A DNA stretch of 64,000 nucleotides. Source: Catajapyx aquilonaris (lineage: Eukaryota). Under the pieces are notes generated by a model, which worked only from the letters and a program-made list of their open reading frames with translations, was not told where the DNA came from and did no database searches. The stretch lies in NCBI GenBank assembly GCA_000934665.2, contig KZ538089.1, positions 62,001 to 126,000 of the forward strand. The letters run 5' to 3'. Both the position numbers and the translations under genes were made by a program. How positions within the stretch are numbered: position 1 is the stretch's first letter; every line of letters starts with the position of its first letter. Below are positions 13,701 to 28,700 of the stretch, piece by piece.

Positions 13701-16700
13701 TAAGATTGGTTGGAGCCAGTCATAGCCAATCGGAGTCGACTGTGATATCAGAAAAGTTGGCTACTCTCGTCCTATAGTCTCTCTAGCAGTGGGTTCCCTG
13801 TATGTGCGGTCTGAATCAGCCCGTGTGTAAAAGTTGTACAAGAAAATATCAGGCTGAACCAACCACATTGCCTATCAATCATAATTATTCAAAGTGACGT
13901 GCTTTTTAATCTCGAATGTATCAGCAATTGCTACCTTCAACTGTGACTTATGGTTTTGTGGAAGGCGCATCTGCCCAATGATTAGTGATCGATGTTAAGG
14001 CGTGATGATTTAAGCGCGACACGTGGTGCCAGCTCCGTTTATCGTTATTATTTTTTAATTTTTTTTTTACCTTCGGTCGTCCCGGTCTATTCATCGGGGT
14101 TGTACAGTCGGGGTCCGGAGAGAAGGCAGCGAGTAAGGAATGAGTGATGACAGTGCGGGGCAGATGGGAAGGACCACCTGAGTGAGGTAGCCTTTGGGGA
14201 GGACCGCCTCGGAATCACAACATTCATGATGACAACCACCTTTTTTTCTTCTTCTTTCCATCCTCCCACCTTTTCTGGGGTCATTTGAATGGGCCAGAAC
14301 GAGTTTCCAGGAGACCCGTTTTTGTAAATTTTAGCTTCCAGCCGCCAGGATTAATCAGGCTTATTACAACATTTAAAAAGGGAGAAGTATCCACGGTTGA
14401 CTTTCAACCGCCAGAACCCTGCCCGGTGTTGAAATGCAATGCAATATATACACACATATTGTTACGAATTTATTATGGCGCATGCACTTGAATGAGCCTA
14501 ATTTACTTATCAGGTTCGTCCGCCCGGTGGTATTTCGAGCGTCAGCAGGTGAATATCCCTGGGAGTGTGTCACACATTGATTATTATTTGCGAACAATGT
14601 GCCGGCTTGATTTTTATTGTGGCAGGTGAACAGTAGCTTATACATGCATAAGTGAGTGTGGGGAGGGCCATGTGCTGACCCTTTTTTTGACATCCTGCGC
14701 TATATGCATTTATTGAAAGAAAAAAAGAGGGGTTGAAAATCTAAGGCTTATACGATTGATTCGTTTTGAAGAAGTAAGGTTGGGGAGGAGGGGGAAATAA
14801 TTACAAGTTTCTGGCTAATCTTTCACCCTGCGAGTTTTCTCCTTGTCCTGTGACGTTATCAACGAGCTCTGGGGCCTCCATTCTGATGAAGTGACAATTT
14901 ATTTTGCCTTCCACCTTTTCCGTGTCAGGGCTCCCCCATTTGTCAGGGAGACAAATCGCTTCCTTTCTGCCACCACCACCACCACCGCCACTGCCACCAC
15001 CCACAGCAGCAACAGCCAGCTCGCCTTAAAACTCGAGGATTTTCGAGTTGGAAGGATCAGCACACGCGCACCCATGTTTGTTTAAGCCTTCCAAATTATT
15101 GCCTCTTACCCCGCTGCTCACAAACTAATGCGGAGATTAGGGCTGCTCGGACGGATTTGCATTTAGAGAGAGCCCGAAAGAATAATACCTGGCGTAAGCA
15201 CTATGCTGCTGGGAGACTTATACACCTGAGAGAGGAGGAATCTGAGGGATTCTGGGACCATCCAGGGTAACTTATGGGCGCTTTGGATAATTATACGGAA
15301 TTCCTGATGCTGAAATAAGAGGCAGGATTGTGCTACATGTATAGTAATGTGAGGAAATTCACCAAATGGGATAATCCCGAATAATTAATCGTTGCAGCGG
15401 TGAAGTTACTTTACTTGGGAGCATTGGGACCTCAGCAGGTCAAAACATATTCAAATTAACCTTGTTTGATATGATAGCAATTTTCAGTTGGCATTTAGCC
15501 TCATTAGAACAAAGAGTCCAGTGGTAACCTTCAATAAAGGGACTGCAACTTTATAGTGCAGTGTGTGTCGGACCATAAAAAAAACATAGGAATTTTATTA
15601 TGAATTTTTTTTCTCTAGAAACGGCTAGACTATTCAGTTACAAACAGGCTGCACAGAATTACTTAATGGGTAAATGGTGTGTGTATGTATAATACAGACC
15701 TATAGACCAGTATATGGGAGGTATAATGCTTGGCAATCTTGGAAAGGCAGCATGTATTGTGAATCAATAGATGGGGAAAGCAGATAAGGTGCATAACCGG
15801 TAAATATTGCATCGCATCATAATCCCTGGAAATTGTAGGCAATCCAATAGGAGAACATGGGAAAGCTTGATGAGGGATCTGAAGTGAATCCAGGTCGGGT
15901 CTCCCCCTGTTTGCTGCATGTATAGGAGGACAGCCAAGATAGGCCTATATGGCCTCCCCCCCATGCTGCACCCTTTCATTCCCATTCCTTTGGACATATA
16001 TGAAAGTGATTCGGGACACTGAATAATCCAACGCGGGTCCTAATCAAGTTCTTGGTTATGGACAGGGATAAATGGATCGTGACCTTCCGAAAACCAATCC
16101 GCAAATAGAACATTGATCTGCACTTTTGTAAAAAAAAATGAGCTGCTGTTGGGACCGGGAGAGAAAGAGAGAGACGAGGCCCCTAAGGCTATCGATGATC
16201 CCTGCGACGTACATTAAGGTACATAGAGTATATTACAGGTGGAGGAGGAAGAGAGAGAGAAAATTGCTGCTGTTGCCCTTGAGGTCAATAAATTGGAAAC
16301 TATAGGTTTGCGATCGGTGGACTGGTAATGCGAGTGAGGCGTCAGCAGCTGTGTTGGGGCCACAATAATCAGTGGGCGTAATTATGAATTTCGAGGCAGC
16401 TGTCTGGAATGAGCCGAATGCATGTATACCTTCCCCCCCTTGCTGTGCTGTGATCCCGGATCATGCTGCTGCAGCAAGTATATACGAGTCGAGCCGGGGG
16501 ATTTTTCTGCTGATGCCCGGGCCTTTCGATCAAGGTATCAATTTCCTCTTTTGCATAATTATACAATGTCGAACACGTCAAAACGTACCCGGTGATTTTC
16601 CCCGGAATTCCTCGGGATGGGGAAAGGCAAAGAGGAGGAGGAGGAGGAGGAGGAGGCGGCGGCGTGGCTAGATTTTTCGAAAAAAGACCCTGCTTCTTTC

Positions 16701-19700
16701 ACTCTAGGCTAAGCAAGCTCTTGATCTCCGTTCCACTTTACAAAAGTTGGCCTTTATTTATCCATTCCGACTCTCACCTACTTCCTCCCGTCAAATAAAC
16801 GTCAGGAAAATCATGAGATCGCCCATGGGGCCTGTATATATACCCTGCATACTTTGGTCACATTTTCTGTAATCAAGGGTAGGAGATAATCAGGGTTAAC
16901 ATGTATCATGGGCCTGCTTCGAAATTTCGATCAAGTTGGACTTGTTATGCGTTGAGGTGGATAGTCTTGTTTGTATACGTAGTTCATGTGTATGATGCGC
17001 ATCAGCTCGAATCATGTCCGTTTAAATCCAAATATGGGTGTAATATATGGCCAATTACGACATTATATTCTCAACTTGCCTTATCAGTATGCGCAGAACT
17101 TGCACGCACAAATGCGTAGATTGCATGCGCATTATTTCCCACATGCTCAACTAACCTTGGCCAATCGCGCACACAAACTATGCGCAACTGTGGCACCTTA
17201 ACCTTGCAGAGTACGCAGACCTTTGTGACTTTCTACTTGCAAATAGACTAGTGTCCCACAGTGGGTTCTACATTCAGCTACACAAAAGGTTTTCGTGTGC
17301 ACTTTTGTGTAACCCCCTTTTTTTTCTCTCTCCCTCCTTCCCCTGCTGTATACACTTGGCACAGAGAGCAAAGCAAAATGTTCTAGGCCAAGCGAATGTT
17401 GGTTGTCCCTTCACAGCGGCAAGAAAGCGCCTTCCTCGTCAAACTTCACACGTCTAACGAGATTTCGTGCAGGTTAATTACCGGTAGATAAAGCGGAAGA
17501 CCGCGTTTTCTGACACGTTAGCAACAGCCGTTGATTAGCGCCGTCTGGGCTCCAGATCTGACTCGAATACCAATGCGCACCTATATATCCCACCACCACC
17601 AAAAGTGACCCCCGCACATTCTTATTATTACAGCTCTTTGTTGCCTCGATTATTCTGTTGGCTCGGCCCCTTTTTTCGGTTTTAGTCCGGGCTAGATGGG
17701 GAAAAGTCGCCGGCCAGGAATCCTGTTCTTTATCTTATACGACGTCACAAACTCGTCGGATTCTCCCCAAAAATGTGGAGAAACTGAAGGCCACATATTT
17801 TTTTTATACATCCACACAAAATTACAGCCTCCGCGGTCAGTTATCCATAATCTAGCTAGGAAAACGGTGCTTGATTTTTCTTTTCTTCTTTCTTTTTCGA
17901 AAGGGTATATAGGATGAGGGGCGCAGGGAGGGAAGGAGGCCTGTTTTGCAAAAACCCAACATGCGATAGATTCCTGCAGCTGTCATGAATCTTGTCGTGA
18001 TGACAGTCGGCGAGTCGTCCAATTTCCTTCCAATCGGGAGTCCTCCTGAAAACCTTCCATTTTTCATTGCTTCCCTTTTTGCCCATTTGCTGGACAGACA
18101 AGGCCGTGCGTGATTCTCTCGTGTTTCGCAACTTTTCACTTATGCATCAGCTGCCATGAATATATTCAGAAGAGAAGGAAGGGCTCAACCCTTCGCATTC
18201 CGGACCAAAATTCGGATTAATAGGGTCCTCCTCTCGCGAATCATGGCTCCATCAGCCAGAATAAGAGCCGGCGTAAATCATCGCCGAGATGAGACCTGTT
18301 GGAGGCAGAAACAGGTATATGTCTGGAGCGAGTCATCCGTCACCGGGGCCAGACCGGAATGACAAAGGTGTTGTGTCACACGGCTGTAAGGGCCGCTTGA
18401 ATTCTTCTGAATGGACATCAGACACACAGTCACCCTGAAAAATGGTCCAGTTTGTTTTTTTAAAATCCAGAAGCGGGAGGGTGGGTCTGCTCAGTTTTGT
18501 TAATCCGGTGATACTTAATTGGGGGCACATCAGTGCAGGTTGGATTGAAGCAAGACCAGGATGTGATGTTGGCAGGCCTTGCAATTGTTGGGTGGAGCCC
18601 TTTATTGGATTCATCCCGAGGCACGGGGACAGGCGAGGGTATATTGGTCTCCAGAGAGCAGTAAGTTAGGCCCGGCCATCTGCTGCGGACGGACTCCAGG
18701 GACATCCCAGGCCATTTATTTTTGATACGGAGGCCGAGTAATTGCCGCGTTTGCCCTTTGTTCTCTCCAGCGCATCACTCTCAAATCATCTGCTGGATAA
18801 GGAAGTGCTACTTCCTTCCTTCTTCGCTGATGCTCAGACGAACCTAACATCGTGCTGTATACTGTACATTCGAGGAAAAAGAATGAAGAGAGGGAGATAA
18901 AAAATGGCTGCCGGACTATGGGACTTGATGCGAAATTTCACATGAGATTATAGGATTGGAGGGGGGGGGGGAGAGAAAAAAAGGGGTCCACATATTGTGT
19001 GTATATATCTCCGGGAGTAATGTTTCCGAGAGTATATCTCCTGCCCTGCTGTTGGGAGCGATCAGACGGCAGTGGCACGGCATTTCCCTCGCTCTCGACA
19101 TGCAAGCTCCTCTAATAAAATAATTAGCATTGTTTCCAACACTCTTAATTCCATCCGCCAACGCTGTACTTACTGTTAATTCGTGTGTGTTTGAGGTTAA
19201 CGACTCGGGCTTGATTGTCGCATTGGCGGAAGTGCTCAGTTTGCTACGGGAGATCTCCGGGAAAAGAAAAATCGCCGGACACATCAGCCCCGTACCTTAT
19301 TCGTTTGTATATTAATTACAAATTAACTGTTAGCAACAATGGGCTGACCTCCAGTCGCGATAATCTGGTAAAAAGTGGAGCGATGTGCCGGCCATCTTGG
19401 CTTTTCAGTCGCCATCTTGGTGGCCTTGGGTCGTCGATAATAACTGGCGTTTACTGTATTGTTTATCTGTCGATTGGCGCGCTATTGATGATTCGTATTC
19501 TGGTATATACATCGAGTGTGTAACATGGGAATGAGAGAGTATAGAAAGAGAGGTGTAATGGCGCTGGTGTTGGGTGTGTGTGTGTCCTGTTGGCTTGGGG
19601 AGAGAGCAGGCTGGTATTGATCTTGGTCGTGCACAGGAAGCAGTCTGATAGCCAGCCGGCAAAGTGAGGGTTGGGTGGGTTGGTTAGTTTGGTAGAGCTG

Positions 19701-22700
19701 TATAGGAAGGGAGAGAAAACCCTTGTGCTTTGCAGCCTGTATATGCCACCATGGGAAGGAAGACCACTTTGCTATAGATCGCAGCCCATTATTTCTTGGA
19801 AAGAGATTCTGCTGACTGTAGCTATCTCATCACTGCAATAGTTACGCAATGCCCAGTTTTATTGCGCATAATTATTCTGTAACTGAAGTGGGATACTAAA
19901 AACTGGCTGTATTTTTATCCTTGAAATACTTAACACATACAGCGTGAGATTCTTTGCGATTTTTTTTTTGCGACCGTTCTCTGCAGGAAGAAGTACGAGC
20001 AAATAATCCCAGAAAAAAGAAGTGTGAAATTCCTAACGCTAGATAACGGCCTTCAGAAGGAGCATTATTGCACTAATGGCTTTTGAGTCAGCTCGTACAC
20101 GCGGTTTAGTAAACACACACATAACAATTATTTTTCTTGCCGTCTTGGTAAAGTATTACTCCATACAGTATCGAAATGCCTCTCTTTATGTGTTATTATT
20201 TATTTATGGCGGAAATATAAAAAAGAACACAGTCCAACTCAAGTAACTTTTATAAAATTCACTTTAATGTCGAATAAAATTGTCGATGATTTATACAATC
20301 TACAAGAATAAAATAAATAATCGGTTTCCAATCATGGTGGTGTTTGGGAAGGTCTTGTAGACTGTGCTGTGTGCGCCAATACACTGCTGGCTGCGCAAAC
20401 ACTTTAATTGGCGAATCGGTTGGGGGAAGTCGGCCGTTGTGTTTGCCCTGCTGACCCGCGTCCTTTTCAAGTGCCCGATCAGGACTGCTGAGCAAGCTGA
20501 TCGATAATAATAATAATGCCGAACCTTCACCTCACCTCAACCAGATTGTTTGCATCCAACCCCGCTCTGGTGTGATTAGGCAACCGGCAAAGCCCTGCGT
20601 GTAAAAGCGACTTTTGCAAACCGTTTTGTGAATTTGACTAGCGTGCTTGCACACGTCCAAACATCAGGTGAAGACACGAAGAATCTTTGGACTTCCCTCT
20701 CTCCCCTGCCCTTACCCACACCACACCTTTGGCTTTTTTTCCCCCCTGCGTCTGTTACCATAGAATAGTGCAACACGAAAGACAGTAAAAAAATGTTGTG
20801 TAGGTGGAGTATACACATGAATGAAAAGGTCTGCACGTGGCAAACAGGAAGACAAGATGTATTAAACACTTAGGCATATACAGCAGCAGGGGAGGGCAGG
20901 GCATCCTCTCCTTTTCCCTCGATGCCCGGCACGCTCGTTCCTTTCGTTTCGTTCGTTCGTTCGTTCGTTCGTTCGTTCTCCCCACAACTTCTCGTGGGAC
21001 ATGCAAATTAACCTTATGCCTGCCCCAATTCCGTGTTTGCCTGCCTGCATCAGCAGTTGCTGGCTGCTGGAATGTGTGCCTCGTGCTGTGGCCGTGTGTG
21101 TGATGTGGTGTGAGGAGGAGGAGGAGGCCCACCCTCCTTCGCCTTTTACTCCAAATTGGGCTACTAGGCCCAGGCACGGAAAGGGGTCAACCCGCGCATG
21201 CTGTGCTGGGGTTATAGTCCCATTCAGACTATATATACACAGACCCACCCATGGGAGTCATGCTCGGATCTCAACTACGAACATGTTAGGCCAGAATGAA
21301 AGAAAGGGGGGCCTTCACCTTGCCTTTTTCTTTCTCTCTGCTGCCTGATGGTCGCATATACAGTAGAGAGAGAGTGTGTGTACATCAAGTTCATTAGGGT
21401 CTATCCATCAAAAAAGGGAGAATAGCACGGCTTGCATCGAAAAACAATTTGGGAACCCCTGCTGCCTCGGACGATAATTTCATTGATCCGGATGATGAGA
21501 GGGACTTTGGGAGGGAACTTGCTGAAAAACAACGAGCTTGAGATTCCTACCAGCAGGCTTGATGGAAAGGATCATCATCCGTCGATGAACTATACAGTTG
21601 ACTCTTCTGCACTGGTCGATTCGTGTATAGCATTGTCGTCATTACTACTCATATAGGCACAAACTCTTAGATTGGACTTGTGGTGGTGCTGTGCAATGGA
21701 CTCTGGCTGATTGACGTTTTCAGACATCTTTGCTAACAAGTTTCTGATGTAATACCGAAATTTAGGCGAGTTAACTACCATGTTTGGAGTTTCTTGCGAA
21801 GATAACACGTTTTTCCAGAGTGAGTTGCGAAAGTCGGTTTTCCAACCAAGATGGCGGCCGAGTTGGAATGTTGGCCCCAACCAAGCTGATCCGGGTTGTG
21901 GCCGAGGGAAAAAGAGATGGGAGATGGATGGGAGGGCTCTCCTCTTCGGGATCCATGATGCTGTGAGGCTGCGGGATGGCCGGGAGGGAGGGAAATTGGC
22001 AGGCGATGATATTTAGTTGGGAGCGGCCCGCATGGAAAGCTTCATCCCAACCTTCAATTAGACCCCGCTCCTAATCATGGAGGAAAGGCTTCACATGCTG
22101 ACCACCATCTTCTCTCTCTCTCTATACGGCAATGATGGTGATGGAGGGCTATTTGATGCGGTGATGATGATGCCTCCTCGTCCCTTCGATGATGATCGAA
22201 CTCTGGGAGGAGTCTCATCCAGCCAATCATCCTTCCAGCCAGCCAGCATCCCAATCCCACTCCTTGCCTGCTCCCCAACAGGACCCATATATACACACCC
22301 ATCACCCGTTACCCTCCTGATGGATGGGACCATGACAACCCTCGCCATTTGCTGCCTTGCGCATATACTGCGCGCTCATCAAATCTCCAGCCATTCGTTT
22401 TGAAGAAAGTGAAGTGGTTGCTTGTTCACTCCAAAAAAAAGTCATTTCAACTGAAACACATTGCATGGAGATTCGGAATAATAACTAACACAATAAAGGA
22501 ACTAGTCGAATAAAGATATATATAGGATGCTCTTCGTCCTAAAGGCAGAGAAAGTCAACCGGAACAGCCATCTGCCTCCCAAATAATATTAATGAGCGTT
22601 ATCTGCCTAATGAGATGCTCAGTTAGGCCCACCCACCCAGCTAGATTCCCTCCTCCGCACCTGACTTGCACTCCCAAAAATAATCCTCCCCAATTACCTT

Positions 22701-25700
22701 TATATAAACTAGTGTAATAAGGTGCTTTTATGAACAAATATCCCGGGAGACTTGAACGAGTCTTGAATGAATAAGATGGACTAGCTGATTGGTGTGTATT
22801 TTCTCCTTCTCCGGAGCTTCATTTCCTGTGCCGGATGGACATGGAGGCTCGCCTCCGGGGTGGGCGATCGCCATTGGAGGAATAAGAGAGAGAGAGGTCG
22901 AGAGGGTCTGGAGGTTGTGGGGGGGAGACTCGAAGGAAATCGAAACCAGGAGCCGGATTTTCGAGGAATCGATCCCCGGGGCTGGCTGGGTTGGGCCAAA
23001 ATGGGGGGGTTTTGGGTGGGTGGGTGGGTTGCAAAAAGCAGCAGCATGTGTGGCAGCAGACATGACCGCTCCGGGAGGTTGTTGGCTGGGCCTCGGGGTT
23101 AATTCCGTGCACTGGACTTACCGGACGATGCAATTTTGTGCACAGAAATAGTGGGCATACGCATATTGCACCGGGGATGGGGAGAAAGGGGGCCCCCTCA
23201 CGTGGGATTCAGGCACTATACAAGTGCAGTTGGTTGCTTTCTTTTTAATGAAATAAATTTTTGCAGCGCGTATGATGTGTGTATATGCTCGGATGGATCC
23301 AATGTCGTGACTGCAAATTCCCTGCAAAAGTGGTCGTGCGGACTCAGATGACACCGATAATGAAGGTCGCTCTGGTATGTGTGGTACCTACTCCCACAGC
23401 ATTAAGTGTCGCATGATGGGGGTCCCCTCCATCACCCCCCTCCAACAAGCAAGCACCGGCGGCGATTTTTATTTTCGAGAACTTTCTCAGCAAGCTCGCC
23501 TTACGTAATTGAGAGAGGGAGAAAAAGATAAGGGCATATTTTCCCGAGGGAAATAAAATGTCATTATGGCGGAGGGTTTGACTGGCAGGTGTATAATTTG
23601 AGCAGAGCCATAAGGAGGAAACGTTAATAAGTGCTGTGTACGGCAGGTTCCGAATATCCTGCTGCCCAACAAGAAAATAGGTACACGCCGAGTAAACGCA
23701 GCATGGACGGGAAGTCTTGCAGCTAATTGGCCACCAATGGGGGGGGCAATAATTACCTTTATGTGGGATTAAGTCACGTTTTACGCAACTATACAGTCTG
23801 GACCTGAAATATCTGGAGCCTTTATACGGGACCAGGTCTACTATTTTTTGGTTGCCAACCCAGAGACACAAACTGCCTGGGGTGATGCTGTGTAAATGAC
23901 ACCATTTTTGTCGCAAGGACGTCTCTGCTGATCACAGCACGACCCTGATGCTGGCACTTTTTAATGCAGGTATCCGAGCAGAAAGGGTTTTGCAAGTAGC
24001 CCATATTTTCTCACAAAGAATGAGTGAGCCTGAGGGGGGAGAATGGGTATACCTTCAAGTTTCCCTCAGGTCACCTTGACCACGAAGGTGTTGGAGGAGT
24101 CCCACGAGATTGAGCCTGTGTCTTACGCGATTCACAGGGAATCTTCCCGAGCTTTCTCATGGTGAGGCCTCCCGTTCCTGCCCATACACAATGAGTTACA
24201 CACTATGTGTGTGTGTACCCCCCTTCCCCCCCATCACCTCTCCCTTGAAACTCTCCTGCAACACACAGCAGAGGCCAGAAGGCATTTGGGCGAAAACGTC
24301 TTTCAGTCGGGTATATCTTTCACACGGAAAATTTCTGCCTGTATTTTTCTCACTGCTCGGGCCTCCGGAAATGGCCAACAAAAGCCATGAGCCCAAGTCA
24401 TTTAATTACAACTCTCACTCAGAATCGGGCTCTAAGATTCAGGCCTTAAAATTAGGCATGGAGGTCAAAGTCAGATTCTAATCAGATACATGCATCGCGT
24501 ACAACGGTGTATTTCCCAAAGTCCACCACATTACATAAGAGGGGAAAAATAAGGACCGGGTGCTCTGTAAGCATATAGCATTCTTCAAAATAAAAAAGGA
24601 GGACGGCGAAGATCAAACGAGATTAGGCAGCTCTCTTTTGAATGGTGTGTTTGCAGAGGCAGTGAGAGTGTTGGTCCAGGGCAGCGGGGGGTTCTTCACC
24701 TGATCCCGTACAACACCTGGAGTGCAAGAAAACAGCAGCATTTGATGCACATTAAACCATGCAGGGAGTAATTCGTTCCCCTCTGGATGGACCCTTTTGG
24801 GTGTTTTCCCGCCACCAATCTGTCTGGCAGGCCTGGGCAATGATGGACTGCGCCTCTTGGGGTTGGAGTGCTTGGAGAGAAAAAAAAAGGAAAGAAATAA
24901 GGATGGGGGGTGCTTTGAAGGTGGGTGGGGGGGTGCAGGCAGTCTCCTAAGAACAAGTCCAATTAGCCGCATGAAGACGAATCCAAGGGCGGCTCTTTTG
25001 AACTGGGCGAGAAGACGCGCCCTGGAAGACACTGATGGAGGAGAAGAGGATGTGCTGACCCCGATCGGGTCATCATTTTCGGTGTCGATCTGAGACGAAT
25101 CACCTAACCATTGATTGGCTTATACTGCAGGCATCATGCCCCTGTCTGTTTTTCAAGGCGCGCGCGCGTGCACCTCTTCATCGCCTTTTACGACTCCATG
25201 CTAAAAGGGCCTAATTAGAACCTAAATTCTTTATGGCGCTGGCTCGTCATGTTTCGAGGGCCTTTCCTGCTCAACCCACTTCAACATCGGAGGGGAGACG
25301 AGGCCATTGGCGGCATCACCCTGTATATATATTCCCAATAACCAACCGAACACCCACCATGATTCTTCATGGCCTGAGTTGCCTGGGACTGTTTGGTTTG
25401 AAAAGGTGGAGAAAACGGGACGGGGTGTTGGGACAGAAGTGATGAAAGGGTGTGGGTTCCAAGCATACACATATACCATTTTCTGGGCAGGGCAGAGCAG
25501 CAGCTGGCTTGGAAACGAATCTGTTCTGGGTTGGGCAGAGAGTGTTAAGGGGATGGAGCGTGAATAATAGTCGAAGGCGTGCGCTTATATGGGCGGAGGG
25601 GCCATATGAGCACCTAGTCTGGACCTCTTCCTTGACCTCCCGCACTAACTTCTCTTTTTTCTTTTCTTCAATTTTTTTAAATAATATATTCGAGAGGTTC

Positions 25701-28700
25701 CTCCTCCTGCTCGGGTGTAAAGGAATTTCATATTTGCACCTACCCAAAAGAGAGTCTCCGGTTTCGCGTGCTGGATCGGCCTGCTTGCTCCTAGTTAACG
25801 ATTCCGTGCCCCAGAACAAACACCTGACTCGGGGCATCTCCTCTTTTCTTGAATATTTTCATACTCATCGCGCCGAGAAATTATTATGAGACGAAAGGAA
25901 GGGACTGGGACGGGCAGCAGTCGCAACGAAGGAAAAAAAAACGGCGACAAAAACCCGGCTTTCCAAAGTCGGCAGAAATTTGAATGCAAAAGTAGTGTGG
26001 GTGAAACAGCTTGCAAATTTTTTTGGGCACTCGCTGACCCATAATTTAATAATGAGGGACGCCTGTCACGGTACTTATCTTGTAATACATACCTGGTAAT
26101 TTTGCACATTTTTTATATATTCCATTTCTGCAGTGAGGTAGGCTGCTCCAACGCACTATGCTGCCTATATGAATTTTTTTATAAACTTCGTGGTTTTTGA
26201 CCTAAACACTTGAATACTGTCAAGTAGAAGGGAAGATTGAAATTTCTTCATAATTGAAAAAAAAAGTAGAATGCACTTAATATCGCTGGATTATCGCATG
26301 CTCCAGATATGCCCCTAATGCATATGATTGTTAAGACAAAACATGTTGACTACTACTCGTGTGTTCTTCACCGTCTAATAATAGACTCGGGCTATTTAAT
26401 AATGCATTTTATGCAAAATATGCCATTGAGAGTAATGTATATGTAAACAAGTCATAATATTTTGCAGTGCCCAAATATTGTAGTAGGCTATACACTTTCA
26501 ATTGGTGGAAAATAATATCCAGGCATTCGGACTCAATATATATACTGATGATGTTCATTCGGGATGCTGCATTTGTATGTCTGTAGCATGTGCTCTTGTG
26601 TTCATGGGCGTGAGTCCATGACATTTTTCGCACGGACCGTGGCATGTTTGGGCAGACCATGACGTTTGGGACCTTCGGCATGAAACATGGCGTGTATACG
26701 CGAATCCGTGACGTGTTTAACATGGGTAGTCCAGACAATGGCTTACTCGCATTTTAATTCGGCAAAAATGATAACGCCGAGCGCGTACTTTTCCGTGTTT
26801 CTATACTTTTTCCGCAACAAACATTTTTCTGTGCACTGGTGCTGTAATTATACCGCAGCAGGCTCCTCTGGATTTACAGTGCCCATCGTAATCAGGTGTC
26901 AAGAAAGTTATTCTTACCCGCGACCATCTCAGTATTTTACTTGCTGGTATTTTACAGTGATTTTTCACAGTTTTCCTGAATTATAATGAGAAACACCCGG
27001 TGGTATTTCAGTTGCTGGTAACGAGATGGGAAAACGTGCCTGCGAAGTGGGCATTAGCCTATAAGGGAAAAGGGGTTTGTTGAAGTGGACGAATTCATTT
27101 TTGTGAGGCAGCGAACGATTGATTAGATAAATCATGTCGGACCTAAAGGGAGTGGAGGGGGAGGTAGCACAGGCAACAGAATGATGGGGCCGAAAAGGAG
27201 ACGTCCGCATCAGCTAGCTAGTTGGTCGGTTGCATGCTGCTGGGAAATTTGTTGAGCTCTTGACAGACTGCCCGATGCTTATCTGGCCCCGTCTTCAGAG
27301 TCCGACCATGGAGAGACCAACGATCAAAACCGCACTCCAGCAGGCCCAGCCTTAAACATGAAGCAAGGCTGCACCACCCATATTTATACGAGTACAAGTA
27401 GTCCCTATCTTCATTTACTTTTTTAAGAAAATACCAGCAGCATCGATCGCCCTTTTTGGTCAGACGCACTTTTTAGACCCCAAAAGTGGTTGTCTTGCCA
27501 AAGCAGCACACCCACAAAAAAATGCTGGGTTGTTTTGTATTCATCGTGTTAAAAAGCTGGGTCGATATCTCTCGGGGACAACTGGGCTGGGTCCCCCTTT
27601 TCATCATGTGAATGCAGATGACTTTGGGCCAGCCAGCAGCGCGGGCGGGGATGTCATCAACCACCGCCGACAAAATCCCGCATCATGCACATTTCGGACT
27701 GATGGAATCCAACAGCAGGGGTCATTTATTCGTCTGGCTGCTCTGATGGAATGCAAGTCTGAATAAGGGGGGGAAAAAATACATGTATGGAATTCATTTT
27801 AAAATGCGGTCAGAATCCATCCATAAGGTGCAACCAATCGGCCTTGTGAGACTTTAGCAACCTGATGGGATCAGCAATATAATTGTTGCAAAGGCTGCGT
27901 ATATGACTTTTCTCTCTCTCTCTCTCCACTTATGGATGCTCCACGGGCTGTTGAAAGTTGTAGGTGCGCATGAGAAATGTTTTTCGAGATAATGCTTTTA
28001 ATTAGAGTTAGGTAATCGTTGCATCATGGTCTTGGAGGGGTTTTTCAATCGCGGGAGGGCTGGCCTCTCTGCCCGTGGCACATTCATTCCCTCCTACCTT
28101 TTTTTTTTCCTTTTTTCTTCATCTCTTATGGCCTTCCTTTGCTGTATGTGCCTTGGCTTTGCCCCCTCGCCGCTATTTGTAAGCAGAGATAAAAGGTTTC
28201 ATAGCAATCCTGTCCGGAGGGAAAAAGGGCTGGAGTAATTTACGCGTTCGCTTTTTCCGATCGGCCATCCCCAACCCAAGCAGCGCAAAAGGCATTTCTC
28301 AACTCCCTCCCGCCCAGGCCAAAAATCCATTAGTTTCGCGCCCGCCTCATCACACCAAACCCTCAGCCAGCCCAGCACTCCTTCGTGGACCTACAACACC
28401 CTTTTGCTTTGCCACACACACCTCAAATGCACTGCTGTGTATGGAGGAGGACCCATCATCATCATCCTTTCTCCTTTGCCAACTAACCTTCCAGCTGATC
28501 TCTCCTCAGATATTACAGACGCCACTTAACTGCAAATAGACTGCTCCAGGCTATTTGTCTTCCTTTTCATTTGCACCGACTCCTTGCCAAATGTTTATTG
28601 CGCGCTCAGGAACACTGCTGGTGTCAGATACATCGAATTGCACCCAAATTAAAGGAAAGGGAAATATTCTACATTTTGTTCACACACAGTCGTTGTGGGC

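Noticed and set aside
17085..17220. Degenerate TGCGCA-rich repetitive patch (similar CCATGAC patch near 26610-26720)
   Set aside because: No consistent period or boundaries could be defined by eye.
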